From NCBI GenBank assembly GCA_963835065.1, contig CAWIEK010000050.1, forward strand, positions 96,001-160,000: a stretch of DNA of 64,000 bases, in the 5' to 3' direction. This stretch comes from an uncultured Chthonomonadaceae bacterium. Its GTDB lineage: Bacteria; Armatimonadota; Chthonomonadetes; Chthonomonadales; Chthonomonadaceae. Positions 9,675-20,142 of the stretch are shown one piece after another; the first letter of the stretch is position 1, and every line of letters starts with the position of its first letter. The notes under the pieces were generated by a model. The model worked only from the letters and a program-made list of their open reading frames with translations. It ran no database searches and was not told the DNA's origin. A program made the position numbers and the translations under genes.

Positions 9675-10820
9675 CTACTTACCCGTTCTTCGCAGGCCGA
9701 AGCGAATTTCTCCGGTCCATGTCTCGCCGGGGGCAAGCGCGATCAGCCCGGCGTCTATTCCCTGCGCTTGTAGGTTGACCGCGTCCGTGGGGCAGGTGTA
9801 GGGTTCCAGCGCGATGACGGGCGAGTCGAGCGGCGCGTAGAGTACCCATTCCCGAAAGGATTGGTCGGCGGCCAAGACCATCTCCAATCCCGATTCCGGG
9901 TCGCGCAATCCGCCCTCGCTCCAGCCGTCCTGTCCGTGCTGAACGCCCGTAAAAACGTGATCAAAGAAGTGGCCGGCCAATGGTGTGAATTCGCGCAAAT
10001 CGAACTGTTTGCCCGCCTTTTCCACCGGCAGCACATTTCCCGTCGGCATCAGTTTTTCCAGTTCCCAAATGGCTTCCGTCGGCACATGGACGAGGGAGCG
10101 GGCGCGCTGTTCCATGCTTATGTCGGCAAGGCCGGCAGGCAGGCTTGCGCCGGGACGCAGGCTTGTCGGGAACCAGGGATGGATGCCAAAGCCCATCGGC
10201 ATGGTTTTCTGTTCCGCAACGCCTTCATTGGTGACGGCTATCTGCATAATGAGAACGCCGTCGCGCAATACGTAGCGCGCGGACAGAGTACAGGGAAACG
10301 GATACTGCTCCACAATGTCAGGAAAATCGTGCAGGCGTATTAAGAAGCGCGCGCTTGCGCCGGTTTCCATGTTGCCGTCGTCCGCGTCCCGCGCATAGCC
10401 TTCCGTAAATTTCCAGGGTTTGTCTCCCACAAGACCATGCAGTGCCTGCCCCGCGCCCTTATCCCAATTGCGCGCCATCAGGCCGTCCATGCGGTACGTC
10501 TGCCCCGCAAACGTGTACACGCCGTCGCGCACCCGATTGGGAAAAGGGAACAGAATCGGATTGCCGCCCGTAAACGGCACTTGCCGCAGGCCGGGAATAT
10601 CAGAAGGTGGAACAAACACGTCTACCACATCGGCAGAACTGCGTTCGCCTGCTCCTTCTCCACTCGCGCCCTGCGCTTCCCCATCCGGCGTAGTCCGAAA
10701 GGCCACGCAGTTACAGCCCAATTCCGGGTAAATGACCGCTTCCGCCAGCCGCTCCCCGTCACGCAATATAATGGCCTGCAAGCCGTCGCGCGTTTCCTGT
10801 TTCCATTCGTAACGTGCCAT
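9675..10820 (-). CDS. Aldose 1-epimerase family protein
   Basis: GNPILFPFPNRVRDG, LHG, MGFGIHPWF, FDHVF, IALEPYTCPTDAVN; ATG at 10820 with GGAG. Confidence 0.9.
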   Translation of the reverse strand: MARYEWKQETRDGLQAIILRDGERLAEAVIYPELGCNCVAFRTTPDGEAQGASGEGAGERSSADVVDVFVPPSDIPGLRQVPFTGGNPILFPFPNRVRDGVYTFAGQTYRMDGLMARNWDKGAGQALHGLVGDKPWKFTEGYARDADDGNMETGASARFLIRLHDFPDIVEQYPFPCTLSARYVLRDGVLIMQIAVTNEGVAEQKTMPMGFGIHPWFPTSLRPGASLPAGLADISMEQRARSLVHVPTEAIWELEKLMPTGNVLPVEKAGKQFDLREFTPLAGHFFDHVFTGVQHGQDGWSEGGLRDPESGLEMVLAADQSFREWVLYAPLDSPVIALEPYTCPTDAVNLQAQGIDAGLIALAPGETWTGEIRFGLRRTGK

Positions 10821-10831
10821 TGGTTTCTCCA

Positions 10832-10950
10832 AGTTGAAGTTGATAGTTGATAGTTGATAGTTGATCATGCGCGGCTTCTCTTTGTCTCAGCATGACAGTA
10901 GAGACAGGAGTACAGCGCCTATCAACTATCAACTATCAACTATCAACTTC
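10832..10950. repeat. Inverted pair of GTTGATA heptamer arrays
   Basis: (GTTGATA)n at 10832-10866 and (TATCAAC)n at 10919-10950; supplies the stop codon of the oxidoreductase gene. Confidence 0.92.
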
Positions 10951-11923
10951 TTCCACCTTCCCCGTCCGCATCGAGCGCAGGGTCGCATCCAGAACGCGCT
11001 GCTGTTGGACAGCGTCGTCTACGCCATAATCCGGCAGCGTGTTGTCGAGGATACACTGGGAAAGATGTTCAAATTCCAGTGTCCATTGGTTGACGGCGGG
11101 GAACGTTTCGCGCTCGTGCCGGCCTTCAATTTCGATATGCAGTTCGCCCACTTCGCCCGGCAGAAAAGCGTTGGGCGCGACAAGCCGACCTTTGGTTCCC
11201 ACAATCTCATACTCGTTGCGGTACGGCAGGGCAAAGCCCGTATCGAATAGGACGCGGGCATGGGGAAATTCCAGAACGCCGCTTGCCAGCATGTCTACAC
11301 GATACTCCGGGTCGAAATCCGCAAGGGCAAAGATTCGCGTGGGTTCGGCGTCCAGCAGGAACCGGGCGGCGCACAGGCAGTAACAGCCCACGTCCATCAT
11401 GCCGCCACCCGCAAGCTGCGGGTCGAGGCGTACATTATTTTGCCGGGCAAGCATGAACGTGAAAGCCGTTCGTATCAGCTTCACGTCGCCCAATATGCCG
11501 TTTCCGAACCAATTCACGGGCGCGGCGGTGCATGGGATGAAAGCGCCACATGAACGCTTCCATGATTTTGACACCATGCTGCCGAGCCGCGTTCGCAACT
11601 TCCAGCGCTTCTTCGACATTGGCCGCAAACGGCTTTTCCACAATGCTGTGCTTGCCCGCCTGGGCGCATTTGATCGCCCATTCGGGATGCAGGCCGTTGG
11701 GAAGCGGATTGTACACGGCTTCGATATTGGGGTCCGCCAGCATTTCTTCGTAGGAGTCATAAGCGCGGGGGATGCCGAATTCCTCCGCAAACGCCTGCGA
11801 TTTGGACAGGGTTCGACTTGCAATGCCGGCCAATTCCACGTTTTGCGCTTTCAGCATGGCGGGAATGGCCGTGCTGCGCGCAAACGCGGCGCATCCCAAC
11901 ACGCCCCACTTCACTTTTTGCAT
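10936..11923 (-). CDS. Gfo/Idh/MocA oxidoreductase, frameshift near 11502
   Basis: VKWGVLGCA, VYNPLPNGLH, GKHSIVEKP, MEAFMWRFHP; GGGMMDVGCY in the second frame. Confidence 0.9.
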
Positions 11924-12035
11924 CCATTGGCCTCCAAAAACAATATCCGGGTGTATCGGCGTAAAAGCCGGACTGCTTTCACGCAGGCCGGCTTTTACAT
12001 TTTCAACAAATTTCAACAAGAGTATTGCGCGAAAA

Positions 12036-13142
12036 TCATTGGCGGATGAGTTCGCTTGGCCCGATGTGGCGCAGCTTCTTCAGGGCGCGCAGTTCGATCT
12101 GGCGGACGCGCTCGCGGGTGACGTGCAGGCGAACGCCCACTTCTTCCAGCGTCCGGGCATAACCGTCGTCGAGGCCGAAGCGCATACGCAGCACTTCTTT
12201 TTCGCGCCCGGTCAGTTTGTTCAGCACTTCTTCGATTTGTTCGCGGCGAATGAGATTGAGGGTCGCTTCGGACGGGCTGACGGCGGTGTGGGACTGAATG
12301 AAGTCGGAAAGCTGGCTGTTGTCTTTTTCGCCGACGGGCGTTTCCAGTGACAACGGTTCGAGCGCGATACGCATGATTTCGTTGACGCGATCTACCGACA
12401 CTTCCAGTTCGCGGGCGATCTCTTCTACGGTGGGGTCGCGCAGCAATTGCTGGCGCAACCGGCCCGACGCCTTGACGAGTTTATGGATGATCTCGGCGAC
12501 GTACACGGGGATGCGGATGGTGCGGCCCTGATTGATGATGGCGCGGGCGATAGCGCGGCGGATCCACCAGGTTGCGTAGGTGCTGAAGCGGTAGCCTTTG
12601 CTCGGGTCAAACTTCTCAACCGCGCGAATCAGGCCGATGTTGCCTTCCTGAATCAGATCGGGAAGCGGAATGCCGCGCACACTGTACTTCTTGGCGATGC
12701 TGACGACAAGGCGGAGGTTGGCTTCCGTAAGTTTGTCTTTGGCGTACTTGTCGCCTTTTTGGACGCGACGCGCCAGATCAATCTCTTCGCGGGCCGTCAG
12801 CAGTTGCGCGCCGCGCGCCCGACTCATCCAGATTTGGAGGCTTTCGTCATTGCGGGGGCTGTCGCTGTCCGTGGCAAGCAGGCTGCTCACGGTGTCGCGG
12901 CTCATGCGTTCGGAAGCGCGGGTTTCCAGGTCGGCAGGGGTCGGAGCGGCGGGGGCAACAGCAAACACAGGCTCATTTTGGGGCATGCTGCTGTCATAAA
13001 GGTGCAGCAGGTCATCGTTAGGTTCCTGCTCGAAGCCGTCTTCGGCATCGTCTTCGGGCAGTTCGGACAGGGAACGGGGTTCAAAGCGGGTTTCAGCAGC
13101 GAGGCGCTGCGGGCGATCCAGTATTGCGGGATTGTTACTCAT
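12036..13142 (-). CDS. RpoD/SigA-like sigma-70 factor (no recognisable region 1.1)
   Basis: [47 protein letters not shown]...TRERVRQIE. Confidence 0.93.
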   Translation of the reverse strand: MSNNPAILDRPQRLAAETRFEPRSLSELPEDDAEDGFEQEPNDDLLHLYDSSMPQNEPVFAVAPAAPTPADLETRASERMSRDTVSSLLATDSDSPRNDESLQIWMSRARGAQLLTAREEIDLARRVQKGDKYAKDKLTEANLRLVVSIAKKYSVRGIPLPDLIQEGNIGLIRAVEKFDPSKGYRFSTYATWWIRRAIARAIINQGRTIRIPVYVAEIIHKLVKASGRLRQQLLRDPTVEEIARELEVSVDRVNEIMRIALEPLSLETPVGEKDNSQLSDFIQSHTAVSPSEATLNLIRREQIEEVLNKLTGREKEVLRMRFGLDDGYARTLEEVGVRLHVTRERVRQIELRALKKLRHIGPSELIRQ

Positions 13143-13445
13143 AAAAGGCCACTCCTCTTGGCAGGCGGTTGAGATGGTCTTGGGGCGTCTCGCTTTCGCG
13201 TCGAGGCTTGTTCTTTTGTGTACAAAGCAGCTGCGAAAGAAGTGAATAAATGCGGTATGCTCGTATTATAAGGCAGGCTTTCGGATTTGTCAAGCATGAT
13301 TTTTCGCTAATTTTAATTTTTGCGACCAAATTTCATGCTTTTGCTCCTGAATGTTGTATTTTGCTCCCCTTTGCATCTAACCACTGCACAACCTTACCCT
13401 ACTACATACGAACCGATTTGTCAAATGTTTGCGCCGGTCAACACG

Positions 13446-13484
13446 CCCTCATCCCCGGCCCTTCTCCCAAACTTGGGAGAAGGG
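13446..13484. repeat. CCCTCTCCC-type palindromic repeat
   Basis: CCCTCATCCCCGGCCCTTCTCCCAA-AC-TTGGGAGAAGGG. Confidence 0.75.
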
Positions 13485-13543
13485 AGGCGTAACGTCTATA
13501 TCTGCCCTGATCTATCCTGTTATACCAAGAGATAGATGCGCCG

Positions 13544-14725
13544 TTATACGGCGGCAACGTAACGCCCGGAGGACTGCCCTGAAAGCGCGCGCAGGTCGCG
13601 TATTACTTCTGTCAGCGTTTCCAGCGTGTAGTCCAGCGCTTCCCGCGTTGTAGCGCGTCCCAGCGTCAGGCGAAGCGCGCCGCGCCCCAATTCGCGCGGT
13701 ACGCCGATGGCGGTCAGGACATGGGAGGGTTCCGTTGCCCCCGCCGAACACGCCGAGCCCGCCGAGCCGCAAATGCCCCTTGCATCTAATGCCAGCAGCA
13801 GCGGCTCTCCCTCAATTCCTTCCACGCAAAAATGGATGTTGTGCGGCAGGCGGTGTTCCCGGCTGCCTGTAATATGAACGCCCGCAACCGCTTCTGTCAG
13901 CCGCTCCATGAAATCGTCGCGCAGTCCACTCAGGCGCGCGTTTTCCAATGGCATCGTATCGTGGGCAATCTGCGCCGCTTTTGCCAATCCTACAATACCC
14001 GGCACATTTAAGGTTCCGCCCCGCCGCCCCTTTTCCTGCGACCCGCCCTCCTGAAACCGCGTCAGGAGTGTGCCGCGCCGCACATACAACGCGCCGATGC
14101 CTTTTGGTCCATAAAACTTGTGCGCGGTCAGACTGAGCAGGTCTATCTTCATGGCGCGTACATCTAAGGGGATGCGTCCGAACGACTGCACGGCATCGGT
14201 ATGAAAACACGCTCCATGCGCGCGGCAAAGGGCGCCGATTTCCGCGACAGGCTGCGTGGTTCCGATTTCGTTGTTGGCATGCATGATGGAAACCAGAACC
14301 GTGTCGGAGCGCAGGCGCGTCGCCACATCCGCCAGCGACACGCGCCCGACCTTATCGGTAGGGATATACTCGACCTCAAAGCCTTCTTCCGCCAGCGTTT
14401 CAAACGGCTCCAACACCGCATGGTGTTCCGTGCGAACCGTCAGCAGATGGCGTCCTTTCGCGGCATTAGCGCGGGCCGCGCCAAAAATCGCCGTGTTGTC
14501 CGATTCGGTTCCCCCCGACGTGAACACGATCTCATCCGGCGAAGCGTTCAGCAGATCGGCCAGGGTTTCGCGGGCCTGCTCCACGCCCTCCCGCGCCGCC
14601 ATGCCGACCTGATGCAGCGCGGACGGGTTGCCGTAATGCTCCGTATAATACGGCAGCATCGCGTTCACCACTTCGCGCAGCACAGGCGTCGTCGCCGCAT
14701 GATCCAAATAAACCGGCAAATCCAT
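13544..14725 (-). CDS. iscS: Cysteine desulfurase (IscS/NifS family)
   Basis: YLDHAATTP, GNPS, FTSGGTES, HTDAVQ, AHKFYGPKG, SAGSACS. Confidence 0.92.
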   Translation of the reverse strand: MDLPVYLDHAATTPVLREVVNAMLPYYTEHYGNPSALHQVGMAAREGVEQARETLADLLNASPDEIVFTSGGTESDNTAIFGAARANAAKGRHLLTVRTEHHAVLEPFETLAEEGFEVEYIPTDKVGRVSLADVATRLRSDTVLVSIMHANNEIGTTQPVAEIGALCRAHGACFHTDAVQSFGRIPLDVRAMKIDLLSLTAHKFYGPKGIGALYVRRGTLLTRFQEGGSQEKGRRGGTLNVPGIVGLAKAAQIAHDTMPLENARLSGLRDDFMERLTEAVAGVHITGSREHRLPHNIHFCVEGIEGEPLLLALDARGICGSAGSACSAGATEPSHVLTAIGVPRELGRGALRLTLGRATTREALDYTLETLTEVIRDLRALSGQSSGRYVAAV

Positions 14726-14737
14726 GACACAATCCTT

Positions 14738-14851
14738 TGGTGTTCAGGTGTTCAGGTGTTCGGGTATTCTGGTGATAGCCTTGACGCCATGCAGTAAGCT
14801 TTTGTACTTTTGTATTCCCTGAACACCCAAATACCCGAACACCTGAATACC
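14738..14851. repeat. Inverted pair of GGTGTTCA octamer arrays
   Basis: GGTGTTCAGGTGTTCAGGTGTTCGGGTATTC ... GAACACCCAAATACCCGAACACCTGAATACC. Confidence 0.9.
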
Positions 14852-14856
14852 TAGCC

Positions 14857-15146
14857 TCAAAGCAGCCCATTGATCTTGCGGGCGAGTTCTATATCCAGGC
14901 GCGTGATGCCGTTTACATCATGCGTATTCAAATCTATGCTCACTGTGTTGTATACATTGCACCAGTCGGGATGATGATCCATGCTTTGCGCAATTAGCGC
15001 GACGCGGGACATAAATCCCCACGCCTGGACAAAATCAGCAAACTTAAACGCCCGGTCGAAGATTGCCGTCCTGCAGCGCCCAACCGTCCAAGCCGGCTCA
15101 GCGCTTCCGTGATTTCCGATTCTGTTAGTTTTGTGGGACGGGGCAT
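14857..15146 (-). CDS. phhB: Pterin-4-alpha-carbinolamine dehydratase, apparent frameshifts at about 15060-15090
   Basis: [17 protein letters not shown]...[13 protein letters not shown]...[15 protein letters not shown]. Confidence 0.88.
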
Positions 15147-15161
15147 GGAAGGCTCCGGGGA

Positions 15162-15274
15162 GGTAGACGGTAGACAGTAGACGGTAGAAATGCTGTTCAT
15201 TTAAAGCTTTGTGCGACAGCAACAGCTTGCAAGCAGGGCTGTCTACCGTCTACCGTCTACTGTCTACCGTCTAC
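15162..15274. repeat. Inverted pair of GGTAGAC heptamer arrays
   Basis: GGTAGACGGTAGACAGTAGACGGTAGA / TCTACCGTCTACCGTCTACTGTCTACCGTCTAC; supplies the stop codon of the J-like gene. Confidence 0.92.
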
Positions 15275-15899
15275 TTTTTTCGGCGCATCGTCAAACTCCA
15301 GCAGGCCGAAGCGGGCGGCGGTGGTGTCGAGGGCTTCGCGCAGAGTTTTGAAGGAAGTGTCCAGGCGCTGGCGGATTTGCTGCGCGGCCTGCGCGTCCGA
15401 AGAACCGGCAGGGAAACGCGACGGGTCACTGCGGGCAGACAGTTTGCTGTACGCGGCCTGCACAGCGGCGAAATCCGCGCCGGACTCCAGACCTAAAAGT
15501 TTATAATGGTAGTCTAAAGGGTCAGGCTGGGAACTTGAGGTTGTGCCGGTGTTGGGCGGTGGGCCGCCCGTTCCTCCATTACCGGAGTATCCCGAAGTGG
15601 CAGGCCGGCCCGCCCCGCGCATAATCCTGTGGCGTTCGCGGCGGACTCATGGGGATGCCGGGGGACGCAGCCGGACGCGAGGGGGTGACGGCAGCGCCAT
15701 TGGAAGAACTGCCGGAAGCATTATTAGCGGGAGGAGACGCCACGCTGTCGCTGAGTTCGCGGCGGGCGTCAGCGCGTGGGTCGGCGCGGCGCTTGCGCAG
15801 GGCGTCCTCTTCCTCTTCCTCATCTACCTTGTCGAACCAATCCTTGACTTCCCCAAGTTTGTGCTTGGCGATGCGATAAAAGCGATCTGGAATACTCAT
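15257..15899 (-). CDS. Protein with C-terminal J-like domain lacking HPD, frameshift near 15625
   Basis: HYKLLGLESGADFAAVQAAYSKLSARSDPSRF matches J-domain helices I-II; N-terminus MSIPDRFYRIAK and a Pro/Ser linker. Confidence 0.72.
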
Positions 15900-16186
15900 T
15901 AAATAGTTCCTGCTTTTTACGGACACATTGGCATTACAATGAAAACGCTGCTTCAAACATATTTTGATGCGAAGCGCAGTACGCGGGAAAGGCGAGACGA
16001 AACCGGGCGCTGCTCCGATGGTTCCGCTCGCCATAACAACGTTCACGGCCATGCTCCCTTATATGGAAGCGCGACGCGCAAATTAAACTTTAGAATTCGG
16101 CAAGACGAGCCGCGGAAACAGGCGTATGTTGCCGCGCCGGAGATTGGCTGTCGGCGCGGCGAACAAACAAACCTATTCTGCGCAAC

Positions 16187-17026
16187 CTACTTCTGCCCGC
16201 TCAGGCGCGACTCCAGTTCGCGCAGCTGCCGGTCAATGTCGCTTTCGGCTCCCGCGCCATTCGCGCTGCTGCCGTTGCTGCCGTTCATCACGCCCCCGCC
16301 CAACGTCTGCATCTGCTGCACGTTGTTGGTGGTGTAGTTGTGGGCGGGCGATGCGCCCAGAGACATCTTGGATTCCAGTTCCTCAAGCTGCCGCTCGGCC
16401 TCGACATCCATCTGGCTCACTTCTATGCCGCGCATTTTGGCGTCCATGCTGGTGCTGAGAATCTCGCCGCGCGCGTTGGCTTCGGATTGCAGGCCCTGGA
16501 TGCGCTCACTTGCCTTAGTCCAAGAATCATCCACAGAGGTGAACTGCAAATTTTCCATCGCCTTGTTGATTTTGATCGCAATCTGCGCCTGCTTCATGTT
16601 GGCTTTCATCGCCAGCGCTTCGGAAGTGCGGACGCGGATGCGCTCTTCTTCCTGCTTGATCGCGATTTTCACCTTTTCCGAGGCTTCCGTCGCCGACGCC
16701 AGGTTGGCGCGCATGCTGGTGAGCGTGCTATCGTGCAGCGCTTTTTCCTTCAGAAACTGCTTTGCCAGTTCGCGGTTGCCGGATTGCAGGGCAAGGGTGG
16801 CCTTGCGCTCGTACTCGGCGACAAGCCGCTCTTCCTTGTCCACTTCGGCCTGCAAGTTGTTCTTCTGGGTAATCGCCTGCACAGCCAGTTCGCGGTTCTT
16901 GATCTGGTTTTCTTTCATCTCGCGAACGGCTTCAGTCAGAATGACTTCCGGGTCTTCCCACTCGGTAAGCTTTCCATCTAACAACGCTCTTAAATAGCGC
17001 CATGCCCGAACAAAGGGGTTTGCCAT
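16187..17026 (-). CDS. pspA: PspA/IM30 family protein
   Basis: WEDPEVILTEAVREM, ALQSGNRELAKQFL, long coiled coil, IDRQLRELESRL tail; RBS AAGGAG. Confidence 0.88.
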   Translation of the reverse strand: MANPFVRAWRYLRALLDGKLTEWEDPEVILTEAVREMKENQIKNRELAVQAITQKNNLQAEVDKEERLVAEYERKATLALQSGNRELAKQFLKEKALHDSTLTSMRANLASATEASEKVKIAIKQEEERIRVRTSEALAMKANMKQAQIAIKINKAMENLQFTSVDDSWTKASERIQGLQSEANARGEILSTSMDAKMRGIEVSQMDVEAERQLEELESKMSLGASPAHNYTTNNVQQMQTLGGGVMNGSNGSSANGAGAESDIDRQLRELESRLSGQK

Positions 17027-17594
17027 TGCCGCCAATCTCCTTTCGCGCCTGCCCGTGTCGGCAAGCCTGCGCGCAGACGCGCAATCCGTCTCACCATCAG
17101 CGCAAAAGCGCCTTCCACAAAGGGAAATGTCTCGCTCCTGACTGCTGCTGAGGGTGCGATTGTTTTTCTTACGTTACAAGGATACCAAACGTCGCTATCA
17201 AGAAACCAAAACGCTCATGCGCCCGCCACTATTTGCGTTTCAACCGCGCTCCGCGTTTCCTACGTATTGGAGGCGCTGCCGGGTTCCGCAGGTGGAAGCC
17301 GGATTCCAAATGCAGGAGGAGGGAGGACGCGAACAAACGCAAACAACGAGGCTTCGCCATGAATTTGTATTATCACACTTTTCGCGAAGATTGTCAACGA
17401 TTCCTCCTTGTGTTTCCTCCTTTCTCGTGTTATCGGCATATTTTCTGCGCTCCTGAAACCGACTTATCACTCGTTCGTCCGTATGTACACAATAGACGCG
17501 CAAACTGAAGGGTTCGGTTTAACTAAATTGCGCGAATTCGCAAGTTTTTTCATCCGACAAACATCAATCGGCAATTTTGCTGAAGGAGGCATTG

Positions 17595-18869
17595 GTGCAA
17601 CCTGTAACACCCAAAGACGACGGCAAGACCACGACGCCCGCGCTGGCAGGGGAAGCAGGCAGTTCCGCGCCTACCAACGCCGACGCGCAAGCGAGCGCGG
17701 CACAACCGGCATGGAGCCATTTAAGCGATACCCTGCACATCGAGCGCTGGCAGCGCCTGCTTATCGTGCTGACAACGTTTCTGCTGTTCCTGCTGACGAT
17801 TGCGGTCATGGTGCGCCTGATGACTTCCATCGGACACACGCTGCTGATATTTTCGCTCGGCGGGCTGCTGGCGTATGCGCTTGACCCGCTGGTGGAAATG
17901 CTGCGCAAGCGCATGCCCGGCAAGCGCGGGCGAACGATGAGCGTATTCACCATATTCGGCGGGCTTGGCTTAATACTCGCGTTGGGCGCGTTTTTCTTTG
18001 GCAGGGAATTGGGGCATCAGGTTCAATTGTTAGGAGCCAATCATGCCGAATACGAGGCGGAGGCGCGCGCCAAACTGGACGATCTGGACGAATGGCTGCG
18101 GGAGCGCGGCGTTCATGTCCGCTTGCAGGATCAGATGGATCATCCGCCCGCCAATGTGAGAACGTGGGGCGAGGCGGTAGCGAAGGGCGCGGCGCGTTTC
18201 TTCATTCTGGCGGGGCGCGATGTCGTGGAAGGCTTGATCGTACTGCTGATTGCGCTGTACTTTCTTATTTACAGTGAGGAGCTGCGCGCAGGAACCAATG
18301 AAGTCCTGCCACCCCGGTTTCGCGCTTACGTGGAGCAATGGCAGGACGACGTAAACCGCATTTTGGGCGGCTTCGTGCGCGGACAGTTGATTCTCGCCCT
18401 GATTATCGGCGGATTGGCGGGCGCGGCCTGCTTCCTGATCGGCATTAAAATCTGGCTGCTCATCGGCCTGTTCGTCGTGGTCGCCGCGCTGATTCCGGTT
18501 GTCGGGCCTGTTTTGGGCGCGATTCCCGCCGTTGCCGCCGCCATCATCACGCCGGGCGGCAATCCGATTGCCCGCGCCGTCATCGTGATTGTAGTGTTCG
18601 TGGTTATCAACGAGGTCGGCTCCAAAATCCTGTACCCCCGTCTGGTCGGCGCGGCGCTCGGCCTGCATGAAGTGCTGGTGCTGTTCATCCTGTTCGCGGG
18701 CTTCGAGGTCAGCGGCTTGACGGGCGTGTTGTTCGCCGCGCCCCTGACCGCGCTCACCTCCGTAACGCTGGTGCAATTGTACCGTTTGTGGCAGGGCTTG
18801 CCGCCCATCTCCATCGCCAACCTCACGCAGCGCGGCGGCCAGGAACGAAAAGCGGAAGGCGTTCCGTAA
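17595..18869 (+). CDS. AI-2E family transporter
   Basis: LAYALDPLV, LGGFVRGQL, IPVVGP, LYPRLVGAALGLH; GTG start after AAGGAGG. Confidence 0.9.
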   Translation: MQPVTPKDDGKTTTPALAGEAGSSAPTNADAQASAAQPAWSHLSDTLHIERWQRLLIVLTTFLLFLLTIAVMVRLMTSIGHTLLIFSLGGLLAYALDPLVEMLRKRMPGKRGRTMSVFTIFGGLGLILALGAFFFGRELGHQVQLLGANHAEYEAEARAKLDDLDEWLRERGVHVRLQDQMDHPPANVRTWGEAVAKGAARFFILAGRDVVEGLIVLLIALYFLIYSEELRAGTNEVLPPRFRAYVEQWQDDVNRILGGFVRGQLILALIIGGLAGAACFLIGIKIWLLIGLFVVVAALIPVVGPVLGAIPAVAAAIITPGGNPIARAVIVIVVFVVINEVGSKILYPRLVGAALGLHEVLVLFILFAGFEVSGLTGVLFAAPLTALTSVTLVQLYRLWQGLPPISIANLTQRGGQERKAEGVP

Positions 18870-18998
18870 CGGTTTCCCTTCCCGATTCTGCTTACAATAA
18901 CACAACAATGCTTTCCCAAAACCGGGTTGGAAACATTGTCGGCGTCCTGGGAACGCTGCAAGTTATTTGCCGTATTTTAGCGAAGGAGGAATTGCATA

Positions 18999-19379
18999 AT
19001 GAAAACAACCGTTCTTACCCGACTGGTTCTCGCAGGCGCGCTGCTGTGCGTGGGCTTTGCGGCGCAGGCGCAGAACAGCATCCCCCGCTCGTCTTCGCCA
19101 CCTCGCCCAACGGGTTCCTTCGGCACAGGATCCCGCCCGATGGGGGGCATGATCGTGGGCAACAAAAACACAAAGGTCTACCACCTGCCCGGTGACAAAG
19201 GGGGGCTGCCATCGGCCAAAAACGCGGTGTATTTTCGGAGTGAGGCGCAAGCGCGGGCGGCAGGTTACCGTCCGGCAGGAACGCGCCGGACGCCCAACCC
19301 GCAACGTCCCGGCCACATGGGCAGCCCCGTGCGCCGGCCCCAGGGATCTTTTGGCACACCGACAGGAGCGCAACGTTAA
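18999..19379 (+). CDS. Secreted protein with Ada metal-binding-like small domain
   Basis: Signal peptide; GNKNTKVYHLPG...VYFRSEAQARAAGYRP (no Cys). Confidence 0.75.
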   Translation: MKTTVLTRLVLAGALLCVGFAAQAQNSIPRSSSPPRPTGSFGTGSRPMGGMIVGNKNTKVYHLPGDKGGLPSAKNAVYFRSEAQARAAGYRPAGTRRTPNPQRPGHMGSPVRRPQGSFGTPTGAQR

Positions 19380-19420
19380 TCCGCTGAAAATCCTGTCGAA
19401 CAACAGGGAACGCAATAAAG

Positions 19421-19452
19421 GAGGCTTCCTGAACCATGCATCAGGAAGCCTC
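19421..19452 (+). terminator. Rho-independent terminator-like hairpin
   Basis: GAGGCTTCCTGA/TCAGGAAGCCTC 12-bp stem. Confidence 0.65.
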
Positions 19453-19585
19453 TTCCTTCCACTCAAGTTCTCGTTGGGCAGTTTTAACTGCCTCAGAAAC
19501 AAGCAGAGCGCGACTTCAACACCCCTTCGGAGGTGCTGGCTATCAAAGTTTGTTCCGCCTGCAAGCTATGACATTCCTTCGATAA

Positions 19586-19630
19586 GCGCGCCGCGCCCTC
19601 CGGCAATATATCCGGCAGGGCGCGGCGCGC
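19586..19630 (-). terminator. GC-rich hairpin downstream of the LuxR-type gene
   Basis: GCGCGCCGCGCCCT...AGGGCGCGGCGCGC. Confidence 0.6.
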
Positions 19631-19678
19631 GGCTTCAAACGGTTCAAACGGTTCTAACATCGGTGAAAAGGGAAGTGG

Positions 19679-19936
19679 CTACTCCTCGCCCTCGGCTTCC
19701 GCCGGCTTTTCGGTCGGCAGCAGTCCCAGGCTGGTTGCGCGGCGGAACGCCTGAACGCGGTTGGAGACTTGCAGTTTTTCGTAGATATTCGCCAGGTGAA
19801 AATCCACAGTGCGCTTGCTCACATACAGCAAATCCGCCACTTCCTTGCTCGACTTGCCTTCGATTACCAGGGTCAGCACTTCTATTTCACGCTTGGTTAG
19901 TTTTACGGGTTCGTTCTCGGGTTTGGGCACATTCAT
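19679..19936 (-). CDS. Stand-alone LuxR/GerE-type HTH regulator
   Basis: LTKREIEVL...GKSSKEVADLLYVSKRTVDFHLANIYEKLQVSNR. Confidence 0.9.
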   Translation of the reverse strand: MNVPKPENEPVKLTKREIEVLTLVIEGKSSKEVADLLYVSKRTVDFHLANIYEKLQVSNRVQAFRRATSLGLLPTEKPAEAEGEE

Positions 19937-20142
19937 TCAATTATCCTTGCCTGCTTATGGTTTATTTCTGAATAGATGCAGCGTTAGGTATGATTGCCGA
20001 TTCCTATAGTATGTTCACCGGCAACTTCATATTTCCACACTGCCCGGCCTTCTTGCTATGTTTTGTGCGAGAATTCGCGCCAAAAACGTAGAATCTAGTA
20101 TATGTACTGGAAAATACAGGCAAATTACCCGCAACAAAAAAG

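Noticed and set aside
10821..10868. N-terminal extension MINYQLSTINF on the epimerase
   Set aside because: Translation of the heptamer array; the RBS supports the ATG at 10820.
17040..17570. Small ORFs or riboswitch between pspA and the AI-2E gene
   Set aside because: No convincing RBS, codon bias or recognisable RNA motif; probably divergent promoters.
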